Shown: positions 1-10,498, counted from the first letter of the stretch. The stretch is DNA of 64,000 nt from Solirubrobacterales bacterium (GCA_044446425.1 JBIOEW010000018.1:4110-68109); one strand, 5' to 3'. A program made the numbers and translations. The notes: generated by a model not told the origin, from the letters alone.

Positions 1-167
1 CCGATCGTATCGGTGCTGACCTCCGCAAAGCTGCCGGCGGCCTCGCGCCACACGGCGCTCGGCAGCTGCTCATAGCCGGATGGGCCGGGCGCGAGCAGCA
101 GCTTGCGCAGGATCGGTGGAAGGCCCGGCGAGGAGTCCGCCGGGCGCGGCCCGGGAGACTCGCTCAT
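1..167 (-). CDS. M42 family metallopeptidase (aminopeptidase), 5' part; runs off the window start
   Basis: Not in the ORF track. ATG at 167 overlaps the acnA stop (ATGA). Translation [55 protein letters not shown] matches the M42 N-terminal L..L...PGPSGxE...D pattern. Confidence 0.75.
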   Translation of the reverse strand, partial: MSESPGPRPADSSPGLPPILRKLLLAPGPSGYEQLPSAVWREAAGSFAEVSTDTI

Positions 168-2998
168 CGCGCCAGCAGCGTTCTGAGTACGTATTGCAGG
201 ATCCCGCCATGGCGGAAGTACTCGGCCTCGCGCGGCGTGTCGATGCGTACGCGCGCGTCGAACTCGATTGCATCGGCGCCATCGCGCTCGGCTCGCACGT
301 GCACGACTTGCCCGCCGCCCGTGCCGCCCTCGACGGCGCCGGCGGCGTCGGCGATACCGTCGAGCGAGAAGGCCTCCTCGCCGCTCAGGCCCAGCGAGGA
401 GGCGCTCTCGCCGTCGGGGAACTGCAACGGCAGCACGCCCATGCCGACGAGATTGGAGCGGTGGATGCGCTCGAAGCTCTCGGCGATCACGGCCCGCACG
501 CCGAGCAGCTTGGTGCCCTTGGCGGCCCAGTCGCGCGAGGAGCCCGAGCCGTACTCCTTGCCGGCGAGCACGACGAGCGGGACGCCTTCCTCGGCGTAGC
601 GCATCGCGGCGTCGTAGATCGACATCTGCTCCCCCTCGGGCAGGTGTCGCGTAACACCGCCCTCGGTGCCCGGCGCGAGCTGGTTGCGCAGGCGGATGTT
701 GGCGAACGTACCGCGCATCATCACCTCGTGGTTGCCGCGACGCGAGCCGTATGAGTTGAAGTCGCGCGGCGTTACCCCCTGCTCCTGCAGGTAGGCGCCG
801 GCGGGCCCGTCGCGCTTGATCGCGCCGGCGGGCGAGATGTGGTCGGTGGTGACGCTGTCGCCGAGCAGCGCGAGCACACGCGCGCCCGTCAGCTCGGAGA
901 CCGCCGGCGGCTCGACGGGCATGTCCTGGAAGTAGGGCGGCAGACGCACATAGGTCGACTGCTCATCCCAGGCGAAGCGCTCGCCCTCGGGCACGTCGAG
1001 CCCGTTCCAGCGCTCATCGCCGGCGAACACCCCGCCGTAGCTCTTGCGGAACATGTCGGCCTGCACGGCCTCGCCGACGGTCTTGGCGATCTCCTGCTCC
1101 GACGGCCAGATGTCGCGCAGATAGACATCATCGCCCTGCTCGTCCTGGCCGAGCGGCTCGTGCAGGAGGTCGATGTCCATCGTGCCAACGAGCGCGTAGG
1201 CGACGCACAGCGGCGGCGAGGCGAGGTAGTTCATCTTCACGTCGGGGTTGATCCTGCCCTCGAAGTTGCGATTGCCCGAGAGCACCGAGACGACCGCCAG
1301 GTCGGCCTCGGCGACGGCGTCTGAGATCTCCTGGGAGAGCGGACCGGAGTTGCCGATGCATGTCGTGCAGCCGTAGCCGACGAGGTTGAAGCCGAGCTGC
1401 TCGAGCGGCTCGGTCAGCTCGGCGCGATCGAGGTATTCGGTGACGACCTTCGAGCCGGGCGCGAGCGAGGTCTTCACCCACGGCTTGCTCTTCAGTCCAC
1501 GCGCCAGCGCGTTGCGCGCGAGGATCCCCGCACCGACCATCACCGACGGATTCGACGTGTTCGTGCAGCTCGTGATCGCAGCGATCACGACGTGCCCGTG
1601 GTCGAGCTCGAACGTCTCGCCGTCGACCGTCACGCCCCGCGCGGTGCCGTTGTGGGGCAAGGTCGCAGTCCCGCCCTCCGGCAGCTGCGGCTGGGATACG
1701 CCGAGGGCCGGCGCCCGGCCCGGCTCGTTGGCCGGCGGATCCGACGCGGGGTAGGACTCGGCGACGGCCTCGTCCTGCGCATCGGCCTGGTCGCCGTCGC
1801 TCGGCACGTAGTCGCGCAAGGCTTCCTGGAAGACCACCTGCGAGGAGCTCAGCGAGACGCGGTCCTGCGGGCGCTTGGGACCGGCGAGGCTCGGCTCGAC
1901 GCTCGCGAGGTCGAGCTCGACCCGATCAGAGAAGGTCGGCTGCTCCGATGACTCGTCGTGCCACAGGCCCTGCTCCTTGGCGTATGCCTCGACGAGCGCG
2001 ATCTGCTCGGGCGCGCGGCCGGACAGCTCGAGATAAGTGAGCGTCTCTGCGTCGATCGGGAAGATTGCGCAGGTCGAGCCGAACTCAGGCGACATGTTGC
2101 CGATCGTCGCGCGGTCGGCCAGCGGCAGCCCGGCCAGCCCGGCGCCGTAGAACTCGACGAACATGCCCACGACGCCGCGCTCGCGCAGCATCTCGGTGAC
2201 GGTCAGGACGAGGTCGGTCGCGGTGGCGCCCTCGGGCAGCTCACCGTGCAGGCGGAAGCCGAGCACCTGCGGGATCAGCATCGACATCGGCTGGCCGAGC
2301 ATCGCCGCCTCGGCCTCGATCCCGCCGACGCCCCAGCCGAGCACGCCGAGCCCGTTGACCATCGTCGTATGCGAGTCGGTGCCGACCAGCGTGTCCGGGT
2401 AGGCCTGCCCCGTCTTCTCGTTCGGAAAGACGACGCGCGCGAGGTACTCGAGGTTGACCTGGTGCACGATGCCCGTGTCGGGCGGCACGACCGCGAAGTC
2501 GTCAAAGGCACCCTGTCCCCAGCGCAGGAACGAGTAGCGCTCCTGGTTTCGCTCGAACTCGCGCTCGGCGTTGACGCGGAACGCGTCGCGCGTGCCGAAC
2601 GCGTCGACCTGCACGGAGTGGTCGATCACGAGCTCGGCAGGGACGAGCGGGTTGATCTGCGCCGCATCTCCTCCCATCTCGGCGATCGCGTCGCGCATCG
2701 CCGCGAGGTCGACGACGGCGGGAACGCCGGTGAAGTCCTGCATCAGCACCCGCGCCGGCGTGAAAGCGATCTCCTTGCTCGGTTGAGCCTTGGCATCCCA
2801 CGAAGCGAGCGCCTCGACGTCGGCGGCGTCGACCGAGCCGTTGCCCTCGGTGCGCAGCAGATTCTCCAGAAGCACCTTCAGCGAGAAGGGCAGCCGCGCC
2901 ACGTCGAAGCGCTGCTGCAGGGCGTCGAGGCGGAAGATCTCATAGCTGCTGCCACCCGCCTCGAGCGTGCCCTTGGCGCCGAAGCTGTTCTTCGTCAT
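164..2998 (-). CDS. acnA: Aconitate hydratase A
   Basis: 944 aa; [48 protein letters not shown] (4Fe-4S Cys), [21 protein letters not shown]; GGGAGG RBS upstream. Confidence 0.98.
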   Translation of the reverse strand: MTKNSFGAKGTLEAGGSSYEIFRLDALQQRFDVARLPFSLKVLLENLLRTEGNGSVDAADVEALASWDAKAQPSKEIAFTPARVLMQDFTGVPAVVDLAAMRDAIAEMGGDAAQINPLVPAELVIDHSVQVDAFGTRDAFRVNAEREFERNQERYSFLRWGQGAFDDFAVVPPDTGIVHQVNLEYLARVVFPNEKTGQAYPDTLVGTDSHTTMVNGLGVLGWGVGGIEAEAAMLGQPMSMLIPQVLGFRLHGELPEGATATDLVLTVTEMLRERGVVGMFVEFYGAGLAGLPLADRATIGNMSPEFGSTCAIFPIDAETLTYLELSGRAPEQIALVEAYAKEQGLWHDESSEQPTFSDRVELDLASVEPSLAGPKRPQDRVSLSSSQVVFQEALRDYVPSDGDQADAQDEAVAESYPASDPPANEPGRAPALGVSQPQLPEGGTATLPHNGTARGVTVDGETFELDHGHVVIAAITSCTNTSNPSVMVGAGILARNALARGLKSKPWVKTSLAPGSKVVTEYLDRAELTEPLEQLGFNLVGYGCTTCIGNSGPLSQEISDAVAEADLAVVSVLSGNRNFEGRINPDVKMNYLASPPLCVAYALVGTMDIDLLHEPLGQDEQGDDVYLRDIWPSEQEIAKTVGEAVQADMFRKSYGGVFAGDERWNGLDVPEGERFAWDEQSTYVRLPPYFQDMPVEPPAVSELTGARVLALLGDSVTTDHISPAGAIKRDGPAGAYLQEQGVTPRDFNSYGSRRGNHEVMMRGTFANIRLRNQLAPGTEGGVTRHLPEGEQMSIYDAAMRYAEEGVPLVVLAGKEYGSGSSRDWAAKGTKLLGVRAVIAESFERIHRSNLVGMGVLPLQFPDGESASSLGLSGEEAFSLDGIADAAGAVEGGTGGGQVVHVRAERDGADAIEFDARVRIDTPREAEYFRHGGILQYVLRTLLAR

Positions 2999-3118
2999 CG
3001 CACCTCCCAGGGCGTGGTGGCTCTCGCTGCGGGCATGTCCTCAGTCTCGCAGAGTCGCGCGCGTAGGCCCGGCCCGCGAACCGACTACGAAGGCCCCTCC
3101 TGAGCGCCGCCGGCGTGG

Positions 3119-4153
3119 TCAGACGATCGGCTCGTAGGCGCGCGTCACGCGCCCCTTGCCCTCGCGCTTGGAGCGCAGCAAGGCCTGATCGCAGGCCTCG
3201 AGCAGCTCATCGACGCCCATCGGGGCATGCCACTGCGCGACACCAATCGAGGCGGAGATGCCCGACTCCGAGCCGACGGCCGGCACGGCCCGCATGCGCT
3301 CGAGCGCGCGGGTGGCCGCGGCTGCGGCGCTGCGCAGATCGGCGTTGGGCAGGATCACGACGAACTCGTCGCCGCCGTAGCGAGCCACGCGGTCGAAGGC
3401 GCGGAACTCGCCGACGAGCGCCTGCACGACCTGACGCAGCACCGTGTCGCCCGCCTGGTGTCCATGCTCGTCGTTGACGCGCTTGAAATCGTCGAGGTCG
3501 ATCAGGATGGATGACAGCGGGCTGCCGGCGCGCGAGGCGCGGTCGATCTCCTCTTCCAGGCGCCGCCGCATGGCGCGGTGGTTCATGCAGCCGGCGACGG
3601 CATCCGTGCCGGCCTCGGCGCGCGCCCGCACGAGCGCGAGCGCGGCCGCCGCCTGGTCGACGAGCGTGCGTGCGAGATCGACGGCGCGCTCGTCGAAGGC
3701 AGGTGAGGAGCGGCGTACGAGCATCACGACGGCCTCGACCTCGCCGCGCTCGATCAGCGGCAACAGCAGCGCGCAGCTGGCCGGCCCCGTGGCCGTCACG
3801 CGCGGAACGCTCTCGGAGAGCTTGCGCTGATTGGCGATCAGCACGCTGCGCCCTGTGTAGAGGACCCAGCTGACGCCCGGCGGGCGCTCGGCGCACGGCT
3901 GCATGTAGCTCAGGCGCCCGTCGCCGCCGTACATGTAGACCGTCACGAGCTCATCGGCCGACTGCTCGCCACTGAGATGGTGCACGTGCACCTCCTCGGC
4001 CCCAGGCGAGGCGAGCAGCTCGCGGGCGAGTGCACGGTAGACGGCGTCGACGTCGGTCGCCGCGTCGGCGAGCAGCGTCAACCGACGTACACCGGCAAGC
4101 ACCGATTCGACCCCCGGCGACGTTGCGGTATCCGTACCTGTCACAACGTCCAT
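3119..4153 (-). CDS. GAF-sensor diguanylate cyclase (GGDEF)
   Basis: DLDDFKRVNDEHGHQAGD and RYGGDEF with an RxxD I-site (RAFD); N-terminal GAF-like region. Start chosen at ATG 4153 (MDVVTG); the ORF is open to 4252. Confidence 0.9.
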   Translation of the reverse strand: MDVVTGTDTATSPGVESVLAGVRRLTLLADAATDVDAVYRALARELLASPGAEEVHVHHLSGEQSADELVTVYMYGGDGRLSYMQPCAERPPGVSWVLYTGRSVLIANQRKLSESVPRVTATGPASCALLLPLIERGEVEAVVMLVRRSSPAFDERAVDLARTLVDQAAAALALVRARAEAGTDAVAGCMNHRAMRRRLEEEIDRASRAGSPLSSILIDLDDFKRVNDEHGHQAGDTVLRQVVQALVGEFRAFDRVARYGGDEFVVILPNADLRSAAAAATRALERMRAVPAVGSESGISASIGVAQWHAPMGVDELLEACDQALLRSKREGKGRVTRAYEPIV

Positions 4154-4256
4154 TACCCAGAATCTAGGGCATCGGTCCACCGGAGACAACCGGCGGGCGC
4201 GATCTGCGAGCCGCTGAGACGGCGTTCTGCGTACGGCGAGTCGCGCGCACAAACAG

Positions 4257-4282
4257 CGGGGGCGGCCGATCGGCCGCCCCCG
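4257..4282 (-). terminator. Intrinsic terminator-like perfect 26-bp palindrome downstream of the large secreted-protein gene
   Basis: cgggggcggccga|tcggccgcccccg; followed on the minus strand by CTGTTTGT; 25 bp past the stop at 4308. Confidence 0.75.
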
Positions 4283-4307
4283 AAGAGTGTCCAGATCGGC
4301 CGAGCCG

Positions 4308-7300
4308 CTAGAAGCGGACCGTCACGAACGAGACCGAGCTCGGAGCGCCTTTGGCCTTCGGCACGAAGCCGACGCGAACCTTGACCTTGAACGGGCGGCG
4401 CCTGCTCTGACCGCGACGCGAGAGGGGGATCTTGATCGTCACCTTTTTCTGCGCCTTGGAGAGCTTGCGGAACCTCGTCGCCAGGCCCGAGCCTTTGCCG
4501 CTGATGCGGCCCGCAGCGTAGGTCTGCACCGTGATGTACGCCGTGCTGCCGACGACCTTGTGGCCGACGATGCGCACGCCGCAGGTGTTGACTTTGATCG
4601 TCGTGTTCTGTTTGACGACGGTGCCGTTCTGCCCGGTCATCGTGGTCGGCATGATCAACGGCTGCGCACACAGGTTCCCGTTCGCCGCCAGCGCGCTGTG
4701 CGGGCCGATCGGCAGGTTCACCGTGATGCTCGACACCGGCACGTCAGGAGTCGAGGCGAACGTCGTCGTTGTGATGCCTTTTTTGATGTCCGTGTTCCCG
4801 ACCAGCACCGAGCGCACCCCGTTGGCTTCCATCACCAGGTCGAGGTCCGGGAACGCGGCTGCCGCGTGCGAGACGAGGATCGCCGGCCCGCTCAGTTTGC
4901 CCGGCAGCGTCGGCGTGTTCGCCCGCGAGCCGCCGACGAACGAGCCGGCCGGGCAATTGCGGTAATTGGCTTCGAACGTCGCCGCCGGGCACGCTTTCTG
5001 CAGCGTCGTCAGACGCGACGGAAGCGCCTTCGGCAGCTGCACCGTGACCGACTTGACGTTCGCCTGACCCGGCACCTCGTTGAGCGTCGTTTCAAGGCTC
5101 GCGCCGTTCGCTTTCGAGGTCTTCGAGCTCGTGACCGCCTTGAAGCCAGGCTTGAATTTCAACAGGTTGCAGTTGCCGACCTGGAAGGGGCTCGACAGCT
5201 TCTGCGTAGCTGCGTCCGTCGACGTCACCGTCGATTCGGTCGCCATCGCAGCGCAGCTCGTCGGGTTCAGCAGGAAGCCCTGCTTGTTGATCGACACCGT
5301 CACGCCGCGCAGGCGGATCGGGATGCCCTTGACGATCGTCGGCAGATCGGCCGTCGTCGTCACGCGTGCCGTGTAGGGGTCGATGTCGATCGCCGCACGC
5401 GTCGTCACCGGACCCAGGTCGAACGGCCCGGCCACCGCCGGCACGACGATCGACATGCCGAACGGCGCGCCTTTGTACGGGCCGGTCAGGTAAACCGAGC
5501 CGCCGCCGAACGTGAACGGCGTCGGGCCGGAGCCCGAGATCGCCGATGCGGTGCCGATCTTGCTGCTGTCCGGGCACGTGTTCGTCGAGGCCTGCGCTTC
5601 GGTGCACTGCGTCGCCTTCGGGATCTGGCCGACGAGACCGGCCGGGAGCGTCGTCTTGACCTGCGAGAGGTACTGGTTGCCCTCGGGGCGCGTCAGGCTG
5701 AACGTGTAGCTCGTGACGCCGCCTGCGTTGCCCGTCTGGTTCGCCGTCGTCTGGCTGAGCGCGAACGGGATCGTCGCGGCGCAGCCGGTTGCAGCGAACG
5801 GCGTGACGATCGTTTTGGCGCCGATTTCGGTGTACGGCAGGAAGCTGCCTTCGGCCGCCCCCGCGGCACACGTCAGCGGGTTGGCGATCGGCGCGAGCGC
5901 GCCGCCCTTGAAGTTCAGAACCGCCGTCGTGAACGGCTGTTCGGGGTTTTCCTTGAAGACCGTCGTGACTTGGCCGGTCGTGAGGTTCGGTTCGGTTTCG
6001 CCTTTCACGCGCACCGACACCCCGTAGCGGGTCGACTCGGCGTCCAGGTAGATGATGTACGGAGGCCCCGTGATCGTGCCTCCGTCAGGCGGTGTGCCGA
6101 GGTAGATGTTGCCCGTCAGCGAGCCGTCGGGCAGCGTCGGCACGTTGAGGCTGACCGTGCCGAGCACCGAGCTGGCCGGACAGGCGGTGCCGGGGGTCGA
6201 GCTGTGGATCCGCGCCTGTTCCGGTTTGCAGGCGGTAAGGCCCGCTGCGGCCGACGGGTTCAACGTCATGCCCGGGGGCAGCTTGACCGAAGCCGTTTTC
6301 AACTGCGACGAGTCGATCGCGGCCGCCGGGTTCCTGGGAATGCCGACCGAAGTGCTGATGCCGTCGGGTTGGTCGGAGCCGCTTTCGCCTGCGCCCGCAC
6401 TGAGACCGAACGTCGGGTCGAACGGGACCAGGCCACAGCCGTTCAGCCCGATCGGCGTCGTGAATTCGTTTTTGACGACCGTTTTTTCCTCGTCGGTCAT
6501 TTTCAGCGTGGTCGTGTTGTGACCCGGGCAGCTCGTCGCATTGGTGATGAAGTCACCGCCGCTCGTGCCGAAGAAGACCAAGCGCGAGCGGATCAGCGGG
6601 AGCTCGGGCGAGACGTCGATTTCGAAGTAGTCGTGGTAGTCGCCCTGGTTGGTGCCGTTGGGCTGCTGGCCCCATTCGACGTTGCCCTTGATCAGCGTGT
6701 GCGCGAAGTACTGCTGTTCCTCTATGAATTTCTGTTCAGCCAGGGATGGGAAGCCGCCGACGCCAGGTTTGGCGCCTTCCGCTTCGGCTTTTTCGAAGCC
6801 CGCTTTGAGCGCACCGCCGGACAACGGGATCGGGATTTTCAAGGCAACGCCGAACTCGGAGGCGAGGCCTTCTTCCGGTACGACGTTGTAGACCGTGCCT
6901 TCGAGCGGCACGTCTTTGGCGACCGGGCCGGCGTACACCGTCACTTTGTTGTTGCCGATTTCCGATTCCGCGCCGCATTTCGGTTCCGCGTAGAAGCCAC
7001 TGCCGGGGATCGCTTCTTTGTCGCCGAAGGCTTCGAGGCTGCACTGTTCGACCGCGAACGGGTTCGTCGCGAGCCCAGGCGCCACGTCGGTCCTGAGGTG
7101 CGTGACGATCGAGGTCGGGACCTTTTTCGGGTATGCGCCCGGCGTTTTCGCCGGTTCGCCTTCTTCGAACGTCGCGATCTGGAAGTCGGTCACACCAAAC
7201 GGAACGCGGCCTGCGGCTTGTGTGAAGCCTTCTTCTTCAGCTTCTTTGACCGTGACTTTCGCCTTGGGCTCGAAGAACGGGCCGAGCACGTTTTCCTGTC

Positions 7301-7439
7301 CGCACGTTTCCACGGTGCAATTGGTCGCGACGAACTTTTCGATCGCCGGGAATTCCGCCCCGATCGCGGCCGGCGCCGAAACGACGAGAAGCGCTCCAAC
7401 CAGCAGCGCAAGGAACGAAAAGCGGACAGACGACCTCAT
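4308..7439 (-). CDS. Large secreted/surface protein with four Cys-paired beta-rich repeats and a basic C-terminal domain
   Basis: 1043 aa; signal peptide (MRSSVRFSFLALLVGALLVVSAPAAIGA); GGGAGG RBS; repeated LP.G...C...CP..S..G...G.VY units each ending N(P/A/G)xxC; K/R-rich C-terminus. Confidence 0.85.
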   Translation of the reverse strand: MRSSVRFSFLALLVGALLVVSAPAAIGAEFPAIEKFVATNCTVETCGQENVLGPFFEPKAKVTVKEAEEEGFTQAAGRVPFGVTDFQIATFEEGEPAKTPGAYPKKVPTSIVTHLRTDVAPGLATNPFAVEQCSLEAFGDKEAIPGSGFYAEPKCGAESEIGNNKVTVYAGPVAKDVPLEGTVYNVVPEEGLASEFGVALKIPIPLSGGALKAGFEKAEAEGAKPGVGGFPSLAEQKFIEEQQYFAHTLIKGNVEWGQQPNGTNQGDYHDYFEIDVSPELPLIRSRLVFFGTSGGDFITNATSCPGHNTTTLKMTDEEKTVVKNEFTTPIGLNGCGLVPFDPTFGLSAGAGESGSDQPDGISTSVGIPRNPAAAIDSSQLKTASVKLPPGMTLNPSAAAGLTACKPEQARIHSSTPGTACPASSVLGTVSLNVPTLPDGSLTGNIYLGTPPDGGTITGPPYIIYLDAESTRYGVSVRVKGETEPNLTTGQVTTVFKENPEQPFTTAVLNFKGGALAPIANPLTCAAGAAEGSFLPYTEIGAKTIVTPFAATGCAATIPFALSQTTANQTGNAGGVTSYTFSLTRPEGNQYLSQVKTTLPAGLVGQIPKATQCTEAQASTNTCPDSSKIGTASAISGSGPTPFTFGGGSVYLTGPYKGAPFGMSIVVPAVAGPFDLGPVTTRAAIDIDPYTARVTTTADLPTIVKGIPIRLRGVTVSINKQGFLLNPTSCAAMATESTVTSTDAATQKLSSPFQVGNCNLLKFKPGFKAVTSSKTSKANGASLETTLNEVPGQANVKSVTVQLPKALPSRLTTLQKACPAATFEANYRNCPAGSFVGGSRANTPTLPGKLSGPAILVSHAAAAFPDLDLVMEANGVRSVLVGNTDIKKGITTTTFASTPDVPVSSITVNLPIGPHSALAANGNLCAQPLIMPTTMTGQNGTVVKQNTTIKVNTCGVRIVGHKVVGSTAYITVQTYAAGRISGKGSGLATRFRKLSKAQKKVTIKIPLSRRGQSRRRPFKVKVRVGFVPKAKGAPSSVSFVTVRF

Positions 7440-7615
7440 ACCGACCTCCCTAGTCGAGTCAGGGCTTCAACCCTATGACTCCTATATTCCCCAAAAGTTG
7501 CGATCCACCGGCAGTATTTGGACGTATGGGGCGATAGTCCTTCACTCGGCGAACGGACAGGAGGCGTGGCCGCACCGCTCGGGTGCTGGGCTCATGAAGT
7601 GCTACCTTGATGTAC

Positions 7616-7888
7616 ATGAGCACCGACGTCGGCGTAGCCGAGCTGCGTCAGAACCTCAGCCGCTACCTCCGTCGGGTCGAAGCCGGCGAGCGACTCACCG
7701 TGACCGACCGAAACAAGCCCGTCGCCGAGCTCGGGCCGCCGCCCACGCCGGGCTCCGGGCTCGATCGGCTGCTTGCCGAGGGTCGCGTGTCGCGTCCGCG
7801 GCGCACCGGATTGCCGCAGGCGCTCGAGCTGGATGGCGACGTCGCCGCGTTGAGCCGTGCGCTGAGCGAGGTCCGCAACGAGCGCTGA
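7616..7888 (+). CDS. vapB: Type II TA antitoxin, Phd/YefM family (VapB)
   Basis: MSTDVGVAELRQNLSRYLRRVEAGERLTVTDRNKPVAEL is the classic Phd pattern. TACCTT -10-like hexamer at 7603-7608 suggests a leaderless start at ATG 7616 (alternative ATG 7610). Confidence 0.88.
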   Translation: MSTDVGVAELRQNLSRYLRRVEAGERLTVTDRNKPVAELGPPPTPGSGLDRLLAEGRVSRPRRTGLPQALELDGDVAALSRALSEVRNER

Positions 7889-7889
7889 C

Positions 7890-8303
7890 GTGGCGCTCGT
7901 CTACACCGACACGTCGGCGCTCGTCAAGCTGCTGCGCGAGGAGCCCCAGAGCGCGCCGCTGCGCTCGTTCCTGTCTGGCGCCGATCTGCTTTGCAGCGAG
8001 CTTGCGCTCGTCGAGCTTCCGCGCGCAGTCCGCCGGGCCGTCGTATCCGATCCACGACTTCCGCTCGAGACGCTGCTCACGCGCGCCGGCGAGCTGCTCG
8101 ACGCGCTCGCCCTGCTGCCGCTCGATCGCGACCTGCTGAGCGCGGCCGGGGCGATCTCCGAGCCCGCGCTGCGCTCACTCGACGCGATCCACGTGATCGC
8201 CGCCGTCGAGCTCTCGCCGCTCGACGCCTTCGTCAGCTACGACGAGCGCCAGGCCGCGGCCGCGCGGCTGGCAGGGCTGCGGACGCTCTCGCCCGGCGCC
8301 TGA
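7890..8303 (+). CDS. vapC: Type II TA toxin, PIN-domain ribonuclease (VapC)
   Basis: VYTDTSALVKLL...E...LRSLDAIH...SYD PIN acidic motifs; 1 bp after the antitoxin. Confidence 0.9.
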   Translation: MALVYTDTSALVKLLREEPQSAPLRSFLSGADLLCSELALVELPRAVRRAVVSDPRLPLETLLTRAGELLDALALLPLDRDLLSAAGAISEPALRSLDAIHVIAAVELSPLDAFVSYDERQAAAARLAGLRTLSPGA

Positions 8304-8335
8304 GAGCGCGTCGCCTCAGCCGGCGACTCGGCAGC

Positions 8336-8361
8336 CGATCAGTCGATCAGTCGATCAGTCG
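8336..8361. repeat. 8-bp tandem repeat (cgatcagt) x3 spanning the ABC permease stop codon
   Basis: cgatcagt cgatcagt cgatcagt cg read directly. Confidence 0.7.
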
Positions 8362-9162
8362 CCTGCCAAGCTGCCAGATCGCCAGGCGCCACATCAGCAG
8401 CGCGAAGGCCAGCAGCACGCCCGCATGGCCGAGATCGCCGAGGTGCAGCGTTCCCAGCGAGGCGTCGCGCACGAGCTGCACGCAGTGGTACAGCGGATTG
8501 ACCTGCGCCACCTGGCGCACGCCTCCCGGCAGCGTCGAGATCGGGAAGAACGTCCCCGCCACGAGGAACATCGGCGTCAGCACCGCGCTCGTCACGTAGT
8601 TGAAGTTGTCGATCGTTTTCGCCACCGCCGCGATCAGCACGCCGAATGCGGCGAAGCCGAAGCCCGTCACGACGCCGATCGCCGGGACGAGCAGCATCCC
8701 CCATTCCGGAGCCAGCCCGAACGCGAGCCCGACGAGCAGCGGCGCCATCCCATACACGCCCGCCCGCAGCGAGATCCATAGAACCTCCGCCGTGATCAGC
8801 TCTTCCACGTCGACCGGCGCCGCCAGCATCGCGTCGTACGTGCGCTGGAACTGCCAGCGGATGAACGTGTTGAACATCCCAGGGAAGGCTGAGGAGAACA
8901 GCACCGCCGTCGCGACCGTCCCCGTCGCGACGTACTCGATCGTCTTCACCGTCCCGATGTATTTGACGAGCGTTCCGAAGCCGAGCCCGAACGCAAGCAG
9001 GTAGATCGTGGGCTGCACGACCGAGGAGAACGTCGTCGCCTTCCAATAGCGCTTGAAGATCACGACGTCGCGACTCATCACGCCCGCCAGCGCAGCCGGT
9101 TCCAGCCGTCCCACGCGACGCGCACGCGGTTGCGCGCCCGCAGCTTGCGCCCGTACGCTCAT
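8347..9162 (-). CDS. ABC-2 type exporter permease (NodJ-like)
   Basis: About six hydrophobic segments; PMFLVAGTFFPISTLP and NPLYHCVQLVR typical of ABC-2 permeases. Start chosen at ATG 9162; ORF open to 9207. Confidence 0.88.
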   Translation of the reverse strand: MSVRAQAAGAQPRARRVGRLEPAALAGVMSRDVVIFKRYWKATTFSSVVQPTIYLLAFGLGFGTLVKYIGTVKTIEYVATGTVATAVLFSSAFPGMFNTFIRWQFQRTYDAMLAAPVDVEELITAEVLWISLRAGVYGMAPLLVGLAFGLAPEWGMLLVPAIGVVTGFGFAAFGVLIAAVAKTIDNFNYVTSAVLTPMFLVAGTFFPISTLPGGVRQVAQVNPLYHCVQLVRDASLGTLHLGDLGHAGVLLAFALLMWRLAIWQLGRRLID

Positions 9163-9190
9163 CCGGGCAGCCCACCGATCATCGTCTTCA

Positions 9191-10168
9191 TCATTCGATC
9201 TCCTCACCCGTCAGCGCCACGAACGCGTCCTCCAAATTGGCTGGACGGCGCACGCCCTCCGGCGCCTCTCCGTCGAGCTCCTCCGCGCGCATGATCGCCA
9301 GCGCCGGTCCCGAGCGCCGGCTCTGCCAGCTCTTGCTCGCCGCCAGCTCGCCCAGCTCCGCCAGCTGCTCCGGCGGGCCATAGACCTCGATCACCTGCTC
9401 GCCCGCGTGCGCACGCACAAGCTCTGACGGCGTGCCCTGGGCCACGATCTTCCCCCGCGACATCACCGCCACCACGTCCGCGAGGCGCTCCGCCTCCTCG
9501 ATGTAGTGCGTCGACATCAGCACCGTCACGCCGCCCGTGCGCAGGCCGTCGATCAGCGACCACAGCTCCTGGCGCACCTGCGGATCGAGCCCCACCGTCG
9601 GCTCGTCCAGCAGCACCAGCCGCGGTTCGTGGATCAGCCCGCGCGCCACCAGCAGGCGCCTGCGCATGCCACCCGACAGCTCCCTGACGATCGTGTCCGC
9701 TCGCGGCACCAGGTTGGCCAGCTCGAGCGCCGCCTGCACAGCCGCCTCGCGCTCGGACGCCGGCACGCGGTAGAGGCGCGCGAACACGGTCAGGATCTGC
9801 CGGCACGTCAGCTCCACGTCGAGGTTGTCCAATTGCGGCACCACGCCCATCTCCATCCGCGCCTGCTTCGATTCGCGCGGGAGCTCGTAGCCGAGCACCT
9901 GAAGCTCGCCCTCGTCGGCCAGCGCCTGCGCAGTCAACATGCGCATCGTCGTCGACTTGCCCGCGCCGTTGGGCCCGAGCAGGCCGAAGCACACGCCGCT
10001 CGGGACGTTCAGGTCGAGACCGTCGACCGCCACGATCGCCCCGCCTGTCCCCGAATGGGGGAAGCGCTTGACCACGCCGCGCAGCGAGATCGCCGCGTCG
10101 CCGTGCGGCGAGACAGCCCCGTGCCCGACCGGCGTGTATGAAAGGTGCTCGTCGGGCTCCTCTGCCAT
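9191..10168 (-). CDS. ABC exporter ATP-binding subunit (NodI-like)
   Basis: GPNGAGKST Walker A, LSGGM signature, VLLDEPTVGLDPQ Walker B, STHYIEEAE, C-terminal NLEDAFVALTG. Confidence 0.92.
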   Translation of the reverse strand: MAEEPDEHLSYTPVGHGAVSPHGDAAISLRGVVKRFPHSGTGGAIVAVDGLDLNVPSGVCFGLLGPNGAGKSTTMRMLTAQALADEGELQVLGYELPRESKQARMEMGVVPQLDNLDVELTCRQILTVFARLYRVPASEREAAVQAALELANLVPRADTIVRELSGGMRRRLLVARGLIHEPRLVLLDEPTVGLDPQVRQELWSLIDGLRTGGVTVLMSTHYIEEAERLADVVAVMSRGKIVAQGTPSELVRAHAGEQVIEVYGPPEQLAELGELAASKSWQSRRSGPALAIMRAEELDGEAPEGVRRPANLEDAFVALTGEEIE

Positions 10169-10206
10169 CGCCTCGACACTCTAGGCGGGCGGGCAGTAGG
10201 CGGCGG

Positions 10207-10288
10207 GGAGTTCGCGACACACGAACTCCGATAGCAATGGCATATACGCCGGCCGCGCCTCTGCGCCGCGTATATACGCCAGCTATCG
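10207..10288. repeat. Two adjacent intergenic inverted repeats (hairpins)
   Basis: ggagttcg-N7-cgaactcc (10207-10229), then a nested imperfect stem cgatagc..tggc.atatac / gtatat..gcca.gctatcg (10229-10288). Confidence 0.6.
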
Positions 10289-10498
10289 CTCGGCGCAAGA
10301 GAGATGCCGCAGCAGACGTTTCGCCACCGCCGCCGAGCGTTCGGCGTGGAGGGCAGATGTCCAGCGCCCGCGCTCGAATCTCCGACGACGGTCCATATTG
10401 AGCGCGCCGCCGCTCGGGCAATCTGACGCAACGCTGTTCGAGCCACGCCCAGCACCCGAGTCACTCAAAGCGACCAAAGCGAGCGCGGAGACGAGACC

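Noticed and set aside
1680-1810. Acidic/Pro-rich insertion in AcnA ([15 protein letters not shown])
   Set aside because: This insert is commonly seen in actinobacterial AcnA; not novel.
4287-7478. 1063-aa plus-strand ORF, and many other long Arg/Ala-rich ORFs in the track (e.g. 28125-29645, 43207-45138, 58094-59701)
   Set aside because: Antisense or frame shadows of recognisable genes, expected in very high-GC DNA; no motifs.
8347-10168. Nodulation (Nod-factor) genes
   Set aside because: NodIJ-like ABC exporters are widespread; no nodABC nearby.
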